NCBI GenBank assembly: GCA_965223415.1
Contig: OZ245002.1
Location: 5,256,757-5,320,756 of the forward strand
Reading direction: 5' to 3'
Source of the DNA: Myxococcota bacterium
Lineage (GTDB): Bacteria; Myxococcota_A; UBA9160; UBA6930
Length of the DNA: 64,000 nt
A model generated the notes under the pieces. The model made no database searches and was not told the DNA's origin. It was given only the letters and a program-made list of their open reading frames with translations. Of the stretch, positions 1-10,604 are shown in pieces; positions within the stretch are counted from its first letter, which is position 1, and each line of letters opens with the position of its first letter. Both the position numbers and the translations under genes were made by a program.

Positions 1-588
1 TACCACTGGCTCATCCAGCAGGGGACGGTGCAGCGGCAGACCGGGCGCCACGCCATGGAGGTGCCCACCCTCGACACCCAGATCCGCTGCGCCGACGGCC
101 GCTATGTCACGACCGGCGTGCCACCGCGCACCCCGAAGGAGTTCCGGCACCTGCACGAGTGGGTCGTGGAGCTCGGGATCCAGGACGACTTCCCGGAGGC
201 GGTCTTCCTCGAGATGGGCGCCAAGCGGGACGGGATCGACCTCTCGCTGATCGGCCAGGACGACGAGATCACGGCCATCTTCGGCGCCGGCCGCGAGGCC
301 ATGAACGCCATCGCCTCGCGGGTCTCGGCCTACGAGTTCTTCCGCGGCGCCCAGGAGCGGGGCATGGCCGTGGGCGTGGTCTACGCGCCGGAGGAAGCCT
401 TCGACGACGAGCACTTCCGGGCCCGCGGCTTCGCTGTGGAGCTGGAGCATCCGCGGCTCGGCCGCCGCGTGACCTATCCCGGGGCACCCTACCGCTTCGA
501 GAAGTCGCCCTGGACACTCCGACGACCGGCGCCGGCCCTGGGCGAGCACAACGAGGAGGTATTCGCCGAGCTCGAGGCGCCGGCGTAG
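1..588 (+). CDS. Family III CoA-transferase (CaiB/BaiF-like), C-terminal part; the 5' end lies outside the window
   Basis: Frame 1 is open from base 1 to TAG at 586-588, the same frame as listed ORF 28..588. GC3 is high. The C-terminal sequence ...MAVGVVYAPEEAFDDEHFRARGF...YPGAPYRF...LGEHNEEV is typical of CaiB/BaiF-type CoA-transferases. A full-length paralog lies at 62105..63280. Confidence 0.8.
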   Translation, partial: YHWLIQQGTVQRQTGRHAMEVPTLDTQIRCADGRYVTTGVPPRTPKEFRHLHEWVVELGIQDDFPEAVFLEMGAKRDGIDLSLIGQDDEITAIFGAGREAMNAIASRVSAYEFFRGAQERGMAVGVVYAPEEAFDDEHFRARGFAVELEHPRLGRRVTYPGAPYRFEKSPWTLRRPAPALGEHNEEVFAELEAPA

Positions 589-592
589 GGGA

Positions 593-1882
593 TCAGCTGA
601 CGCCGACGTAGCGGAGCGCCACCTCCGTGAGCTCGTCGACGAGTACCTCCGGTCGCATGTCGGCGGTGAGTCCGAACAGAGCGGGCCGGTCGATCGAGGT
701 CCGGAGCGCCGCCGCAATCGTGGCCATGGCCCGGAAGAAGGGCTCGTCACTACCGATGTGGCAGGCCAGCGTGGGCTCGATGCGAATCGCGAGCGCCCGG
801 ATCCGGGCCGCCACGGCGAAGTCGAGGTCGCGATGGCGCCGTAGCAATGCGTCGTCGGACCGCTCCTCCAGGCGAAGCGTGCGCACCGTACCGCCCCAAC
901 GACGCCAGCCGTCGGCGTAGAGCTCGATCGCCTCGCGGACCATTGCCCCGAGGCTGCGGCCCTCCCAGCGCTCCCACACCGCGCGCTCCTCGATCCAGGC
1001 CACGCTCTCCCGATGGACTCGGTCCAGGCAGGCGTGGAGCAGGCCGCGGAGATCCTCGAAGTGGAGCCTGATGGTCTCCGCGTCGACCTGGGCCAGCTCG
1101 GCGATCTCCTCCATGCGAATCGACGCGAGGCCTCGCCCGTCGAAGACCCGCTCGGCGGCATCGAGGATGCGCTGTCGGGTGGCGGCGCTCATGCGATCGG
1201 TGCGGGCCCTCGTCGAAGACGGCAGAGCCGGCGCTTCCCTGCGCGGCTCCGGCGAGCATCCCACGGCGCGGAGCAGCAGGTCGCTCAAGGTGTCGACCAG
1301 CTCGTCCGTACCCGCCTCGTCGTCCGGCGCGTGGCGGATCATCTCCGGCGCCGCCGCCACGACCAGGCGTAGCACCGACTCCACCTCGCCCTCGCGAGGG
1401 GACAGGCCGTGCCGCTCGAGCTGGCGGTGGACGAAGCTCCGTAGCAGATCCATCCGGCGGGCCTGAAAGCGCTCCTCCCGCAGCCGGATGCTCTCGGAGC
1501 CGTGGGTCGCGGCGTGGAAGGTGTGTTCGAGCCCACCGTGCTCGCGGGCCGCCACCACCATCACCCGCACACCGTCGCGAGCAATGCGATCGAGGGAGAG
1601 GTCGGCCTGCGCCAGGGCCTCCACCACGCTCGTCACGTGGGCCAGACGCTCGTCGCAGAAATCCTGGTGCAGGTGGTCCACCAGGACCTCCTTGCTCGCG
1701 AAGCGGGCGAACAGGCTGCTCAGCGACACCCTGGCCGTCTCGGCGATCTCCCGGAGAGAGACGTCGCGCACCTCGCGCTCCGACAGGAGGCCCCGGGCCG
1801 CCTGGAGGATGCGCTCCAGGCTACGGCGGCTTCGTTCCTGCTTCGGCGGCCGGAGGCCCCGGTGTGCTGCGAGCTCGGGCAT
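593..1882 (-). CDS. TetR/AcrR-family transcriptional regulator with two tandem TetR modules (429 aa)
   Basis: There are two separate TetR_N-like HTH segments. The first is KQERSRRSLERILQAARGLLSEREVRDVSLREIAETARVSLSSLFARFASKE near the N-terminus. The second is SAATRQRILDAAERVFDGRGLASIRMEEIAELAQVDAETIRLHFEDLRGL at about aa 232. The ATG is at 1882. Confidence 0.85.
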   Translation of the reverse strand: MPELAAHRGLRPPKQERSRRSLERILQAARGLLSEREVRDVSLREIAETARVSLSSLFARFASKEVLVDHLHQDFCDERLAHVTSVVEALAQADLSLDRIARDGVRVMVVAAREHGGLEHTFHAATHGSESIRLREERFQARRMDLLRSFVHRQLERHGLSPREGEVESVLRLVVAAAPEMIRHAPDDEAGTDELVDTLSDLLLRAVGCSPEPRREAPALPSSTRARTDRMSAATRQRILDAAERVFDGRGLASIRMEEIAELAQVDAETIRLHFEDLRGLLHACLDRVHRESVAWIEERAVWERWEGRSLGAMVREAIELYADGWRRWGGTVRTLRLEERSDDALLRRHRDLDFAVAARIRALAIRIEPTLACHIGSDEPFFRAMATIAAALRTSIDRPALFGLTADMRPEVLVDELTEVALRYVGVS

Positions 1883-1972
1883 CGGTCCCCCGCGCGTGAA
1901 TCGATCCGATCCAAACGCCGGAAACCGGAACGTTCAAGCCACTTCGCGTCCGCCCCCTGGGAGGAGCGTGGC

Positions 1973-5422
<3,450 letters not shown>

Positions 5423-5498
5423 CCCTGGTCCTCCACTCGGCATGGTGGAGCATCGGGAGGGTTCGCGTCAACTCGCACCTAGCATCGGCGGCGGCGCG

Positions 5499-5575
5499 TG
5501 GTGACCCAGGCAGGATTCGAACCTGCGACCCCCAGCTTCGGAGGCTGGTGCTCTATCCAGCTGAGCTACTGGGCC
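5499..5575 (-). tRNA. tRNA-Arg (anticodon CCG)
   Basis: The reverse complement reads GGCCCAG TA GCTC AGCTGGATA GAGC A CCAGC CTCCGAA GCTGG GGGTC GCAGG TTCGAAT CCTGC CTGGGTC A CCA. This is a full cloverleaf with a 7-bp acceptor stem (one G-U), a TTCGAAT T-loop, the anticodon loop CT-CCG-AA and an encoded CCA. Confidence 0.93.
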
Positions 5576-5603
5576 ACGCGAGGGAGCGGAGCCTACCGGA
5601 ATC

Positions 5604-5628
5604 GGCCCCCTGTCGCGAACCGGGGGCC
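5604..5628 (-). terminator. GC-rich hairpin immediately after the lipoprotein stop codon (possible terminator, no U-tract)
   Basis: GGCCCCC (5604-5610) pairs with GGGGGCC (5622-5628) across an 11-nt loop. It sits 2 nt downstream of the TGA at 5630-5632 on the minus strand. No T-run follows. Confidence 0.35.
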
Positions 5629-5629
5629 T

Positions 5630-6025
5630 TCAGCGGACTCCGATCTCCTCGGTGCCGTGACGCGCGCCCCAGCTCTGGACGATCCCGTCCGGATCGAAGA
5701 GGACCAGAAGCGTGTCGTCCCGCTGCTCGTTGCGGGTGAAGGAGAAGAGGGTCAGGTTGGTGAAGACCGGCTCTTCCAGCTCCAGCGCGTCGACGTTCCG
5801 GCGTACGAAGCGGTAGAGGAAGGCGTCGCCGTCGTGCTGACGGACGATCCGGTCCGGCGGTCCCAGGACCTGGAGGACCTGGGCCTTGGTGGTGACGCCC
5901 GCGGAGAGCACCTGGTCGGGAACGGCGCGCAGCGGCGTCCCGCGGTAGACGCGGGTGATGCTGCAGCCGACGCCGGCGGAGAGCAAGAGGCCCGCGACGA
6001 GGGCGAACAGAAGCGGTCGCCTCAT
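5630..6025 (-). CDS. Lipoprotein with a BamE/SmpA_OmlA-like fold motif (131 aa)
   Basis: The signal peptide plus lipobox is MRRPLLFALVAGLLLSAGVGC. The segment GVTTKAQVLQVLGPPD matches the G-x-T-K-x-x-V-x-x-x-L-G-x-P signature of BamE-like domains. The ATG at 6025 overlaps the upstream gene's stop (ATGA). Confidence 0.7.
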   Translation of the reverse strand: MRRPLLFALVAGLLLSAGVGCSITRVYRGTPLRAVPDQVLSAGVTTKAQVLQVLGPPDRIVRQHDGDAFLYRFVRRNVDALELEEPVFTNLTLFSFTRNEQRDDTLLVLFDPDGIVQSWGARHGTEEIGVR

Positions 6026-6432
6026 TCACGCACCCGGCTCTCGCGGAAGCCGTGGTACTTCACGACGTCCGCGTCGTCGAAGAAGACCACGAGCAGGTCC
6101 GAATCGGACCGGATCTCCAGCATGTTGAAGAAGATCGTCACGACGCCGGAGAGGCGGGCCTCGTGGGCCTCCCAGGCCAGGATGTCCGAGAACTGGCGCG
6201 GCGCGGCGCCGCCCAGATCGTTCTCCTCGGCCAGGATCAGCTCCTCGAGCAGCGAGGCATCGGAGAAGTTGGCCGGCGGGCCGAACCAGTCCAGGAGCTC
6301 GGCCCTGGTCGTGATGCCGGCGCGGATCTCCCCCACCTGGGCCGAGTCGAGCCGCGTGCCCTCGGAGTAGGTCCCGATGGCACAGCCGGTCAGCAGGCAG
6401 AGCGCTGCGAGGAGCGCCCCCGAGATGCGCAT
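6022..6432 (-). CDS. Lipoprotein, paralog of 5630..6025 (BamE-like motif)
   Basis: Within listed ORF 6022..6579 the ATG at 6432 is preceded by GGGGGA. It gives MRISGALLAALCLLTGC (lipobox LTGC). GITTRAELLDWFGPP parallels the motif in the downstream paralog. Confidence 0.7.
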   Translation of the reverse strand: MRISGALLAALCLLTGCAIGTYSEGTRLDSAQVGEIRAGITTRAELLDWFGPPANFSDASLLEELILAEENDLGGAAPRQFSDILAWEAHEARLSGVVTIFFNMLEIRSDSDLLVVFFDDADVVKYHGFRESRVRE

Positions 6433-6503
6433 GGTGAATCCCCCGGGCCGCAGCCTAGCCCAGATCCGGGCCGCTATGTTCGCCGCCCACCACAGGACCC
6501 AGC

Positions 6504-7853
6504 ATGGAACACGCCAGCTCCGGCCTCGACGCTCTCGGCATCGCGTGGCGCCTCGGCGCCACCCTCTTCTTCGTCGCACTGAACGGCTTCTTCGTGGCCG
6601 CCGAGTTCGCGCTGGTCAAGGTGCGCTCGGGCCGCATCGACCAGCTCGCCGGCCAGGGCCGCGCCGGCGCGCGGGCCGTCCAACACATCCTCGGCCACCT
6701 GGACCGCTACCTCTCCTCCTGCCAGCTGGGCATCACCCTGGCGAGCCTGATCCTCGGCGCTCTGGGCGAGCCCGCGGTCTCCGTGTTGATCCTCGCCGCC
6801 GCGGCCGGGATGGGCATCGGCGTGGACAGCGAGGCCGCCTGGCTGCCCTTCGTCTCCATCGGTCTGGCCTTCGCGGTGATCACCGCCCTGCACATGACCG
6901 TGGGGGAGCAGGCGCCGAAGATGTGGGCGCTTCGCCGTGCCGAATCGACGGCGATCCAGACGAGCTACGCGCTCCGGGCCTTCACCTTCGCCTTCGGCCC
7001 CTTCATCACCGCCATCAACGCCATCTCGAACTGGATGCTCCGGCTGGCCGGCCTTCCGCCGGACGCCGGCCACGAGGCCTCCCACACCGCCGAGGAGATC
7101 CGCAGCATCCTCTCCCTCTCGGCCAGCGCCGGGGCCATCTCGGAGCGCGAGTACGAGCTCACGGCCAACGTCTTCCGCATGATCGAGCTCGAGGTGCGCC
7201 ACATCGTCGTACCCCGCATCGACGTCGAGTACCTCTCCCTCGAGAAGCCGCCCGAGGAGAACCTGCGGCGCCTACGCGAAATGCGACACAGCCGCATGCC
7301 GCTCTGCGAGGTGGCGCTCGACACGGTCGTCGGCTTCGTCCACGCCAAGGACGTCCTGGATCGCACCCTCACCGGCGAGACGCCGGACCTTTCCGCCATC
7401 GCCCGCCCCGCGGTCTTCGTGCCCGACACCATGTCCGTGTCCGACTTCCTGCTCGAGCTGCAGGGCCAGCGGGCCCACTGCGCCGTGGTGGTCGACGAGC
7501 GCGGCACCGCCCTGGGCCTGGCCTTCCGGGAGGACGCCCTGGAGGAGATCGTGGGGCCCCTGGGCGACGAGTTCGACGAGGACGAGCTGGGCCTCGTGGA
7601 TCTCGGCGACGGCCGCTTCGAGCTCTCGGGCCGCCTCGCCCTGCCGGAGGCGTGCGACCGCCTCGGCGTCGCCCTCTCTCCGGAGGAGGAAGAAGCCGAG
7701 GACACGATCGGTGGGCACGTCACCGCCCGGCTCGGCCGGCTGCCGCGCAAGGGTGACACGGCGGAGGTGGGGGACTTCCGGGCCACCGTGGTCGAGGTGA
7801 GCCGCCGCCGCATCCAGCGCCTGCTCATGGAACGCACCGCGGAAGCGGATTGA
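6504..7853 (+). CDS. CNNM/HlyC/CorC-family transporter (DUF21 membrane domain, CBS pair, CorC_HlyC C-terminal domain)
   Basis: The N-terminal membrane domain contains FFVALNGFFVAAEFALVKVR and SSCQLGITLASL. The central region VRHIVVPRIDVEYL...RMPLC...VVGFVHAKDV...AVVVDERGTALGLAFREDALEEIVG is a CBS pair. The C-terminal part is a transporter-associated domain. Confidence 0.9.
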   Translation: MEHASSGLDALGIAWRLGATLFFVALNGFFVAAEFALVKVRSGRIDQLAGQGRAGARAVQHILGHLDRYLSSCQLGITLASLILGALGEPAVSVLILAAAAGMGIGVDSEAAWLPFVSIGLAFAVITALHMTVGEQAPKMWALRRAESTAIQTSYALRAFTFAFGPFITAINAISNWMLRLAGLPPDAGHEASHTAEEIRSILSLSASAGAISEREYELTANVFRMIELEVRHIVVPRIDVEYLSLEKPPEENLRRLREMRHSRMPLCEVALDTVVGFVHAKDVLDRTLTGETPDLSAIARPAVFVPDTMSVSDFLLELQGQRAHCAVVVDERGTALGLAFREDALEEIVGPLGDEFDEDELGLVDLGDGRFELSGRLALPEACDRLGVALSPEEEEAEDTIGGHVTARLGRLPRKGDTAEVGDFRATVVEVSRRRIQRLLMERTAEAD

Positions 7854-7875
7854 CGCGCCTCCGGACGCGACCGGA

Positions 7876-9048
7876 TCAGCGCCTGCGGCGCTTGCGCCTC
7901 TTCCCCTTCTTCTTGGGAAGGGCGTACGGCGAGCTGAGCTCGCTGGCCACCTGGTTGCCGCTGCCGTCGTAGGCCTGGAGGAGGAAGCGGAGACGGCTCT
8001 TGCGTTTTCGGCTGCCGACGTTCGGCACGGTCCAATTGTGGCGGCCGTCGCCGTCGGCGGCGGAAAGGACGTGCCAGGCAGTCTTCTTCCAGCGACCGCT
8101 CTTCCGGCGTTCGATGCGGAAGAGCAGGTCCACGCTCGCCACGTCGGCGGTCCCCTGCCAGGTGAAGGTGGTCGCTGTGTTCGGAACGAGGGTTCCCGCG
8201 GGCGGCGCGGTGAGCGACACGCTGCTGGTCGGCACCGGCGGCGTGACGGGCGGCGGCGGCTGGGGCGGCGGCGGCGCCACGCTCGCCGTGTAGGCGGCGA
8301 TCTGGGTGCGGCCGTGCTGGAGCGTGTGCACGGCGTCGGCCCCGTTCACCGGATCGTTGCGGTCGACGCCGCAGGGCAGGCCGTTGCAGGTGAGATTCGG
8401 ACTCGAGAAGAGCGAGACCCTCGGCGCGCCGAAGGCCTGGGCGTAGGCCATCACCGTGGCGAAGCGGTTGTCGACCCCGTGCCCGAGCGCCCAAGGGAAG
8501 GTCCCGCCGCTCCCGTCCTGCCGGCGGGAGTGGGTGAGGCCCATGTTGTGGCCGAGCTCGTGGGGGAGCACCACGTCCGAGCAGTCGATGGAAACGTGGC
8601 TGTAGCCGTAGCGACGCGAACGCGAGAAGTTGCCATTCGCCAAGTAGCCACCCACCCAGGCGACGCCGCACACGCCGTCGCCCACGTAGGGCCGCAGGAG
8701 CACCACCAGGTCCGCCCCGACCTGGCTCCGCTGGGCGTCGACGCCCTGGAAGACGCCCTGGTTCATCGTCACCTGGTCGAGGGCCGCATCGGAGCTGATC
8801 GTGTCGCTGACCGCGACCTCCTCGCGGTGAACGACCCGCAGGCGCAGGCCCGCCTCGCTGAGCCGATAGGCGTCGTTGGCGACGTTCACCACGTGGTTCA
8901 CCCGGGTGTCCACGCCGCTGCCGTAGCGGGCCGTCACGCCCGGCGAGTAGAGCACGAGCAGGTCGATGGTCACCGGCGTCGGCTCCACCGCCTGGACGGC
9001 CGGACCGGCCACGAGGATCGCCAGGAGGACCAGCAGGCCACGCGTCAT
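7876..9048 (-). CDS. Secreted reprolysin-like (M12B-type) zinc metalloprotease, catalytic domain plus C-terminal beta-rich domain and polybasic tail
   Basis: An internal ATG at 9048 in listed ORF 7876..9459 gives MTRGLLVLLAILVAGPAVQA, a signal peptide. The catalytic motif is HELGHNMGLTH (HExxHxxGxxH) with a downstream VMAY Met-turn-like segment. The protein ends ...PKKKGKRRKRRRR. Confidence 0.85.
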   Translation of the reverse strand: MTRGLLVLLAILVAGPAVQAVEPTPVTIDLLVLYSPGVTARYGSGVDTRVNHVVNVANDAYRLSEAGLRLRVVHREEVAVSDTISSDAALDQVTMNQGVFQGVDAQRSQVGADLVVLLRPYVGDGVCGVAWVGGYLANGNFSRSRRYGYSHVSIDCSDVVLPHELGHNMGLTHSRRQDGSGGTFPWALGHGVDNRFATVMAYAQAFGAPRVSLFSSPNLTCNGLPCGVDRNDPVNGADAVHTLQHGRTQIAAYTASVAPPPPQPPPPVTPPVPTSSVSLTAPPAGTLVPNTATTFTWQGTADVASVDLLFRIERRKSGRWKKTAWHVLSAADGDGRHNWTVPNVGSRKRKSRLRFLLQAYDGSGNQVASELSSPYALPKKKGKRRKRRRR

Positions 9049-9737
9049 CCCGACACCTCCGGCGGCACCCGCTCGTCCGTGCGCGTCGGATCCACCAGCA
9101 CCTGTTCGAGATCGTCGTAGAACACGGCCGCGGCACCGCCAACCCCTTCCACGAGGAAGCGGCCCTGGGCGGTGGCCACCTGGGCGAAGAGCGCGCGCTC
9201 GCCGAGGGTGAGGGTGAGGGCGTACTCGTCGTCGCTTCCGTCCATCACCGCGCCCACGCCCCGGTCGCCGTTGGCGTGCTCGTTCACCCAGGACACGGTG
9301 CCCTCGACCTCGCCGATCCCAGGCAGCGGGATCGTGAAGTTGTCGCCGACCTCCAGGGCCAGGATCGCCTCCGGGTCGAGGCGCAGGCCGAACCGGGCAG
9401 GCCGGTAGTCGCCCACCGGGTGGTCGAAGAGGAAGGAGGCGCCCTCGTCGAGCTGCCACAGGCTGGGCAGCGGGCCGAGCTCGGGCGGGAGGGCCGCGAG
9501 CAGCGCCGGGGGCGCGCCTGCGGCGGGCTCACGCCGATCCGAGGGGGGCTCCCGCGTCGGCTCGTCGGGATCGGCGGCGACCCGCCCCTCGGAGGAACGC
9601 GATGCGGCGCCCTCGCGCGCGCCGGAGGCAGATGCCCCGGAAGCCGCGCTCTCCGGGCTCAGGGACGGCCGCTGGCCGGCCGCCAGGGCCAAGCCGACAC
9701 CCAGGATCAGGGCCATCAGCCACCACGCCCGCGTCAA
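9045..9737 (-). CDS. Secreted or membrane-anchored protein of unknown function, candidate trans-encoded pro-region of the downstream protease
   Basis: A TTG at 9737 with GGGAGG 7 nt upstream gives (M)TRAWWLMALILGVGLALAAG. This lies in the frame of listed ORF 9045..10181, whose upstream part is antisense to the gene at 9862..10305. The stop TGA overlaps the protease ATG (ATGA at 9045-9048). There is a low-complexity linker followed by a beta-rich C-terminal half (FTIPLPGIGEVEGTVSWVNEHANGDRGVGAVMDG...YALTLTLGERALFAQVATAQGRFLVEG). Confidence 0.6.
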   Translation of the reverse strand: MTRAWWLMALILGVGLALAAGQRPSLSPESAASGASASGAREGAASRSSEGRVAADPDEPTREPPSDRREPAAGAPPALLAALPPELGPLPSLWQLDEGASFLFDHPVGDYRPARFGLRLDPEAILALEVGDNFTIPLPGIGEVEGTVSWVNEHANGDRGVGAVMDGSDDEYALTLTLGERALFAQVATAQGRFLVEGVGGAAAVFYDDLEQVLVDPTRTDERVPPEVSG

Positions 9738-9861
9738 TCCGCACCTCCCTGGGGAACCTCCAGGAGCATCGGGAAGTGGAGCGACCCGGGACGTGAGCCA
9801 GGGCACTTTCTGCCCCGATTCGGCCTCCGATGGACCCGAGACCTCACCGCAAGGAGTCTCC

Positions 9862-10305
9862 ATGCGTCTTTCCCGCCCCACCCGGATCCTGCTCGTCGTG
9901 AGCCTCTCTTTCTGCCTCCTGGCTCCCAGCCTCGCCATGGCCAAGAAGAGCAAGAAGGCTCGCCGCCGCGCGGCCGCTGCGGCCCAGCACGGCATCGGCC
10001 CCGGGGGTGTGCCCGCCATGCGGGACATGCTGCTCGGCCGCATCCAGGAGCTCGACACCACGGTCCTGCTCCTCGACGCGCGGGTCACCGACCTCGAGAT
10101 GCGCCTCCAGGCCCTCGAGGGCTTGGCCACCGACGACGACATGGACGGCTTCAGCGAGAACCAGGGCGATTGCGACGACACGATGGCCGGCGTCTACCCC
10201 GGAGCCCCCGAGGATCCGGCCAACGGCATCGACGACGACTGTGACGGCCTGATCGACGAGGCCGCGCCGGCGCCGGGCACGGGCACGGGCACGCCGACCC
10301 CTTAG
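9862..10305 (+). CDS. Secreted protein with a coiled-coil segment and one MopE-type putative metal-binding motif
   Basis: The ATG at 9862 is preceded by AAGGAG and lies in the frame of listed ORF 9793..10305. The signal peptide is MRLSRPTRILLVVSLSFCLLAPSLAMA. The C-terminal DGFSENQGDCDDTMAGVYPGAPEDPANGIDDDCDGLIDE matches the D-C-D-D...P-G-A-x-E...D-x-D-C-D-G pattern of the putative metal-binding motif common in myxobacterial secreted proteins. Confidence 0.65.
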   Translation: MRLSRPTRILLVVSLSFCLLAPSLAMAKKSKKARRRAAAAAQHGIGPGGVPAMRDMLLGRIQELDTTVLLLDARVTDLEMRLQALEGLATDDDMDGFSENQGDCDDTMAGVYPGAPEDPANGIDDDCDGLIDEAAPAPGTGTGTPTP

Positions 10306-10385
10306 GTCGCCTCCCCCCCGGTGAATGCACGGGGCGGTCGCCGCGTCGGATCCCGTGGGCCACGGCCCACTCGAAGGGAGCTTCC

Positions 10386-10604
10386 ATGCGCACGCAACGA
10401 GCCCGAACCCTCCTCCTCGCGACCCTCCTGGCCGGCAGCGTCGGCCTGATGGGGTGCCACCATCTCGTGCACCATCCCGGTCACCGCGGACATGGCCACG
10501 GGCACGGCAAGCACCACGGCAAGCACCACAAGAAACACCACGGGCATCACGGGAAGCACGGCGGCGGTCACCACCACGGTGGCGGCCACCACCACGGCAA
10601 GTAG
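10386..10604 (+). CDS. Small histidine-rich lipoprotein (72 aa)
   Basis: The ATG is preceded by GGGAG. The signal peptide with lipobox is MRTQRARTLLLATLLAGSVGLMGC. The 48 residues after the Cys contain 23 His, 15 Gly and 6 Lys (HHGK/HHHGGG repeats). Confidence 0.6.
   Translation: MRTQRARTLLLATLLAGSVGLMGCHHLVHHPGHRGHGHGHGKHHGKHHKKHHGHHGKHGGGHHHGGGHHHGK

Noticed and set aside
9801-9813. A sigma54-like element GGGCAC-TTTC-TGC upstream of the MopE-motif gene.
   Set aside because: The spacing between the GG and GC dinucleotides is two nucleotides shorter than the strict -24/-12 geometry, and the -24 element lacks the leading T. A similar look-alike upstream of acoA (GGTACC...GGTGCT at about 58590-58606) has spacing two nucleotides too long.
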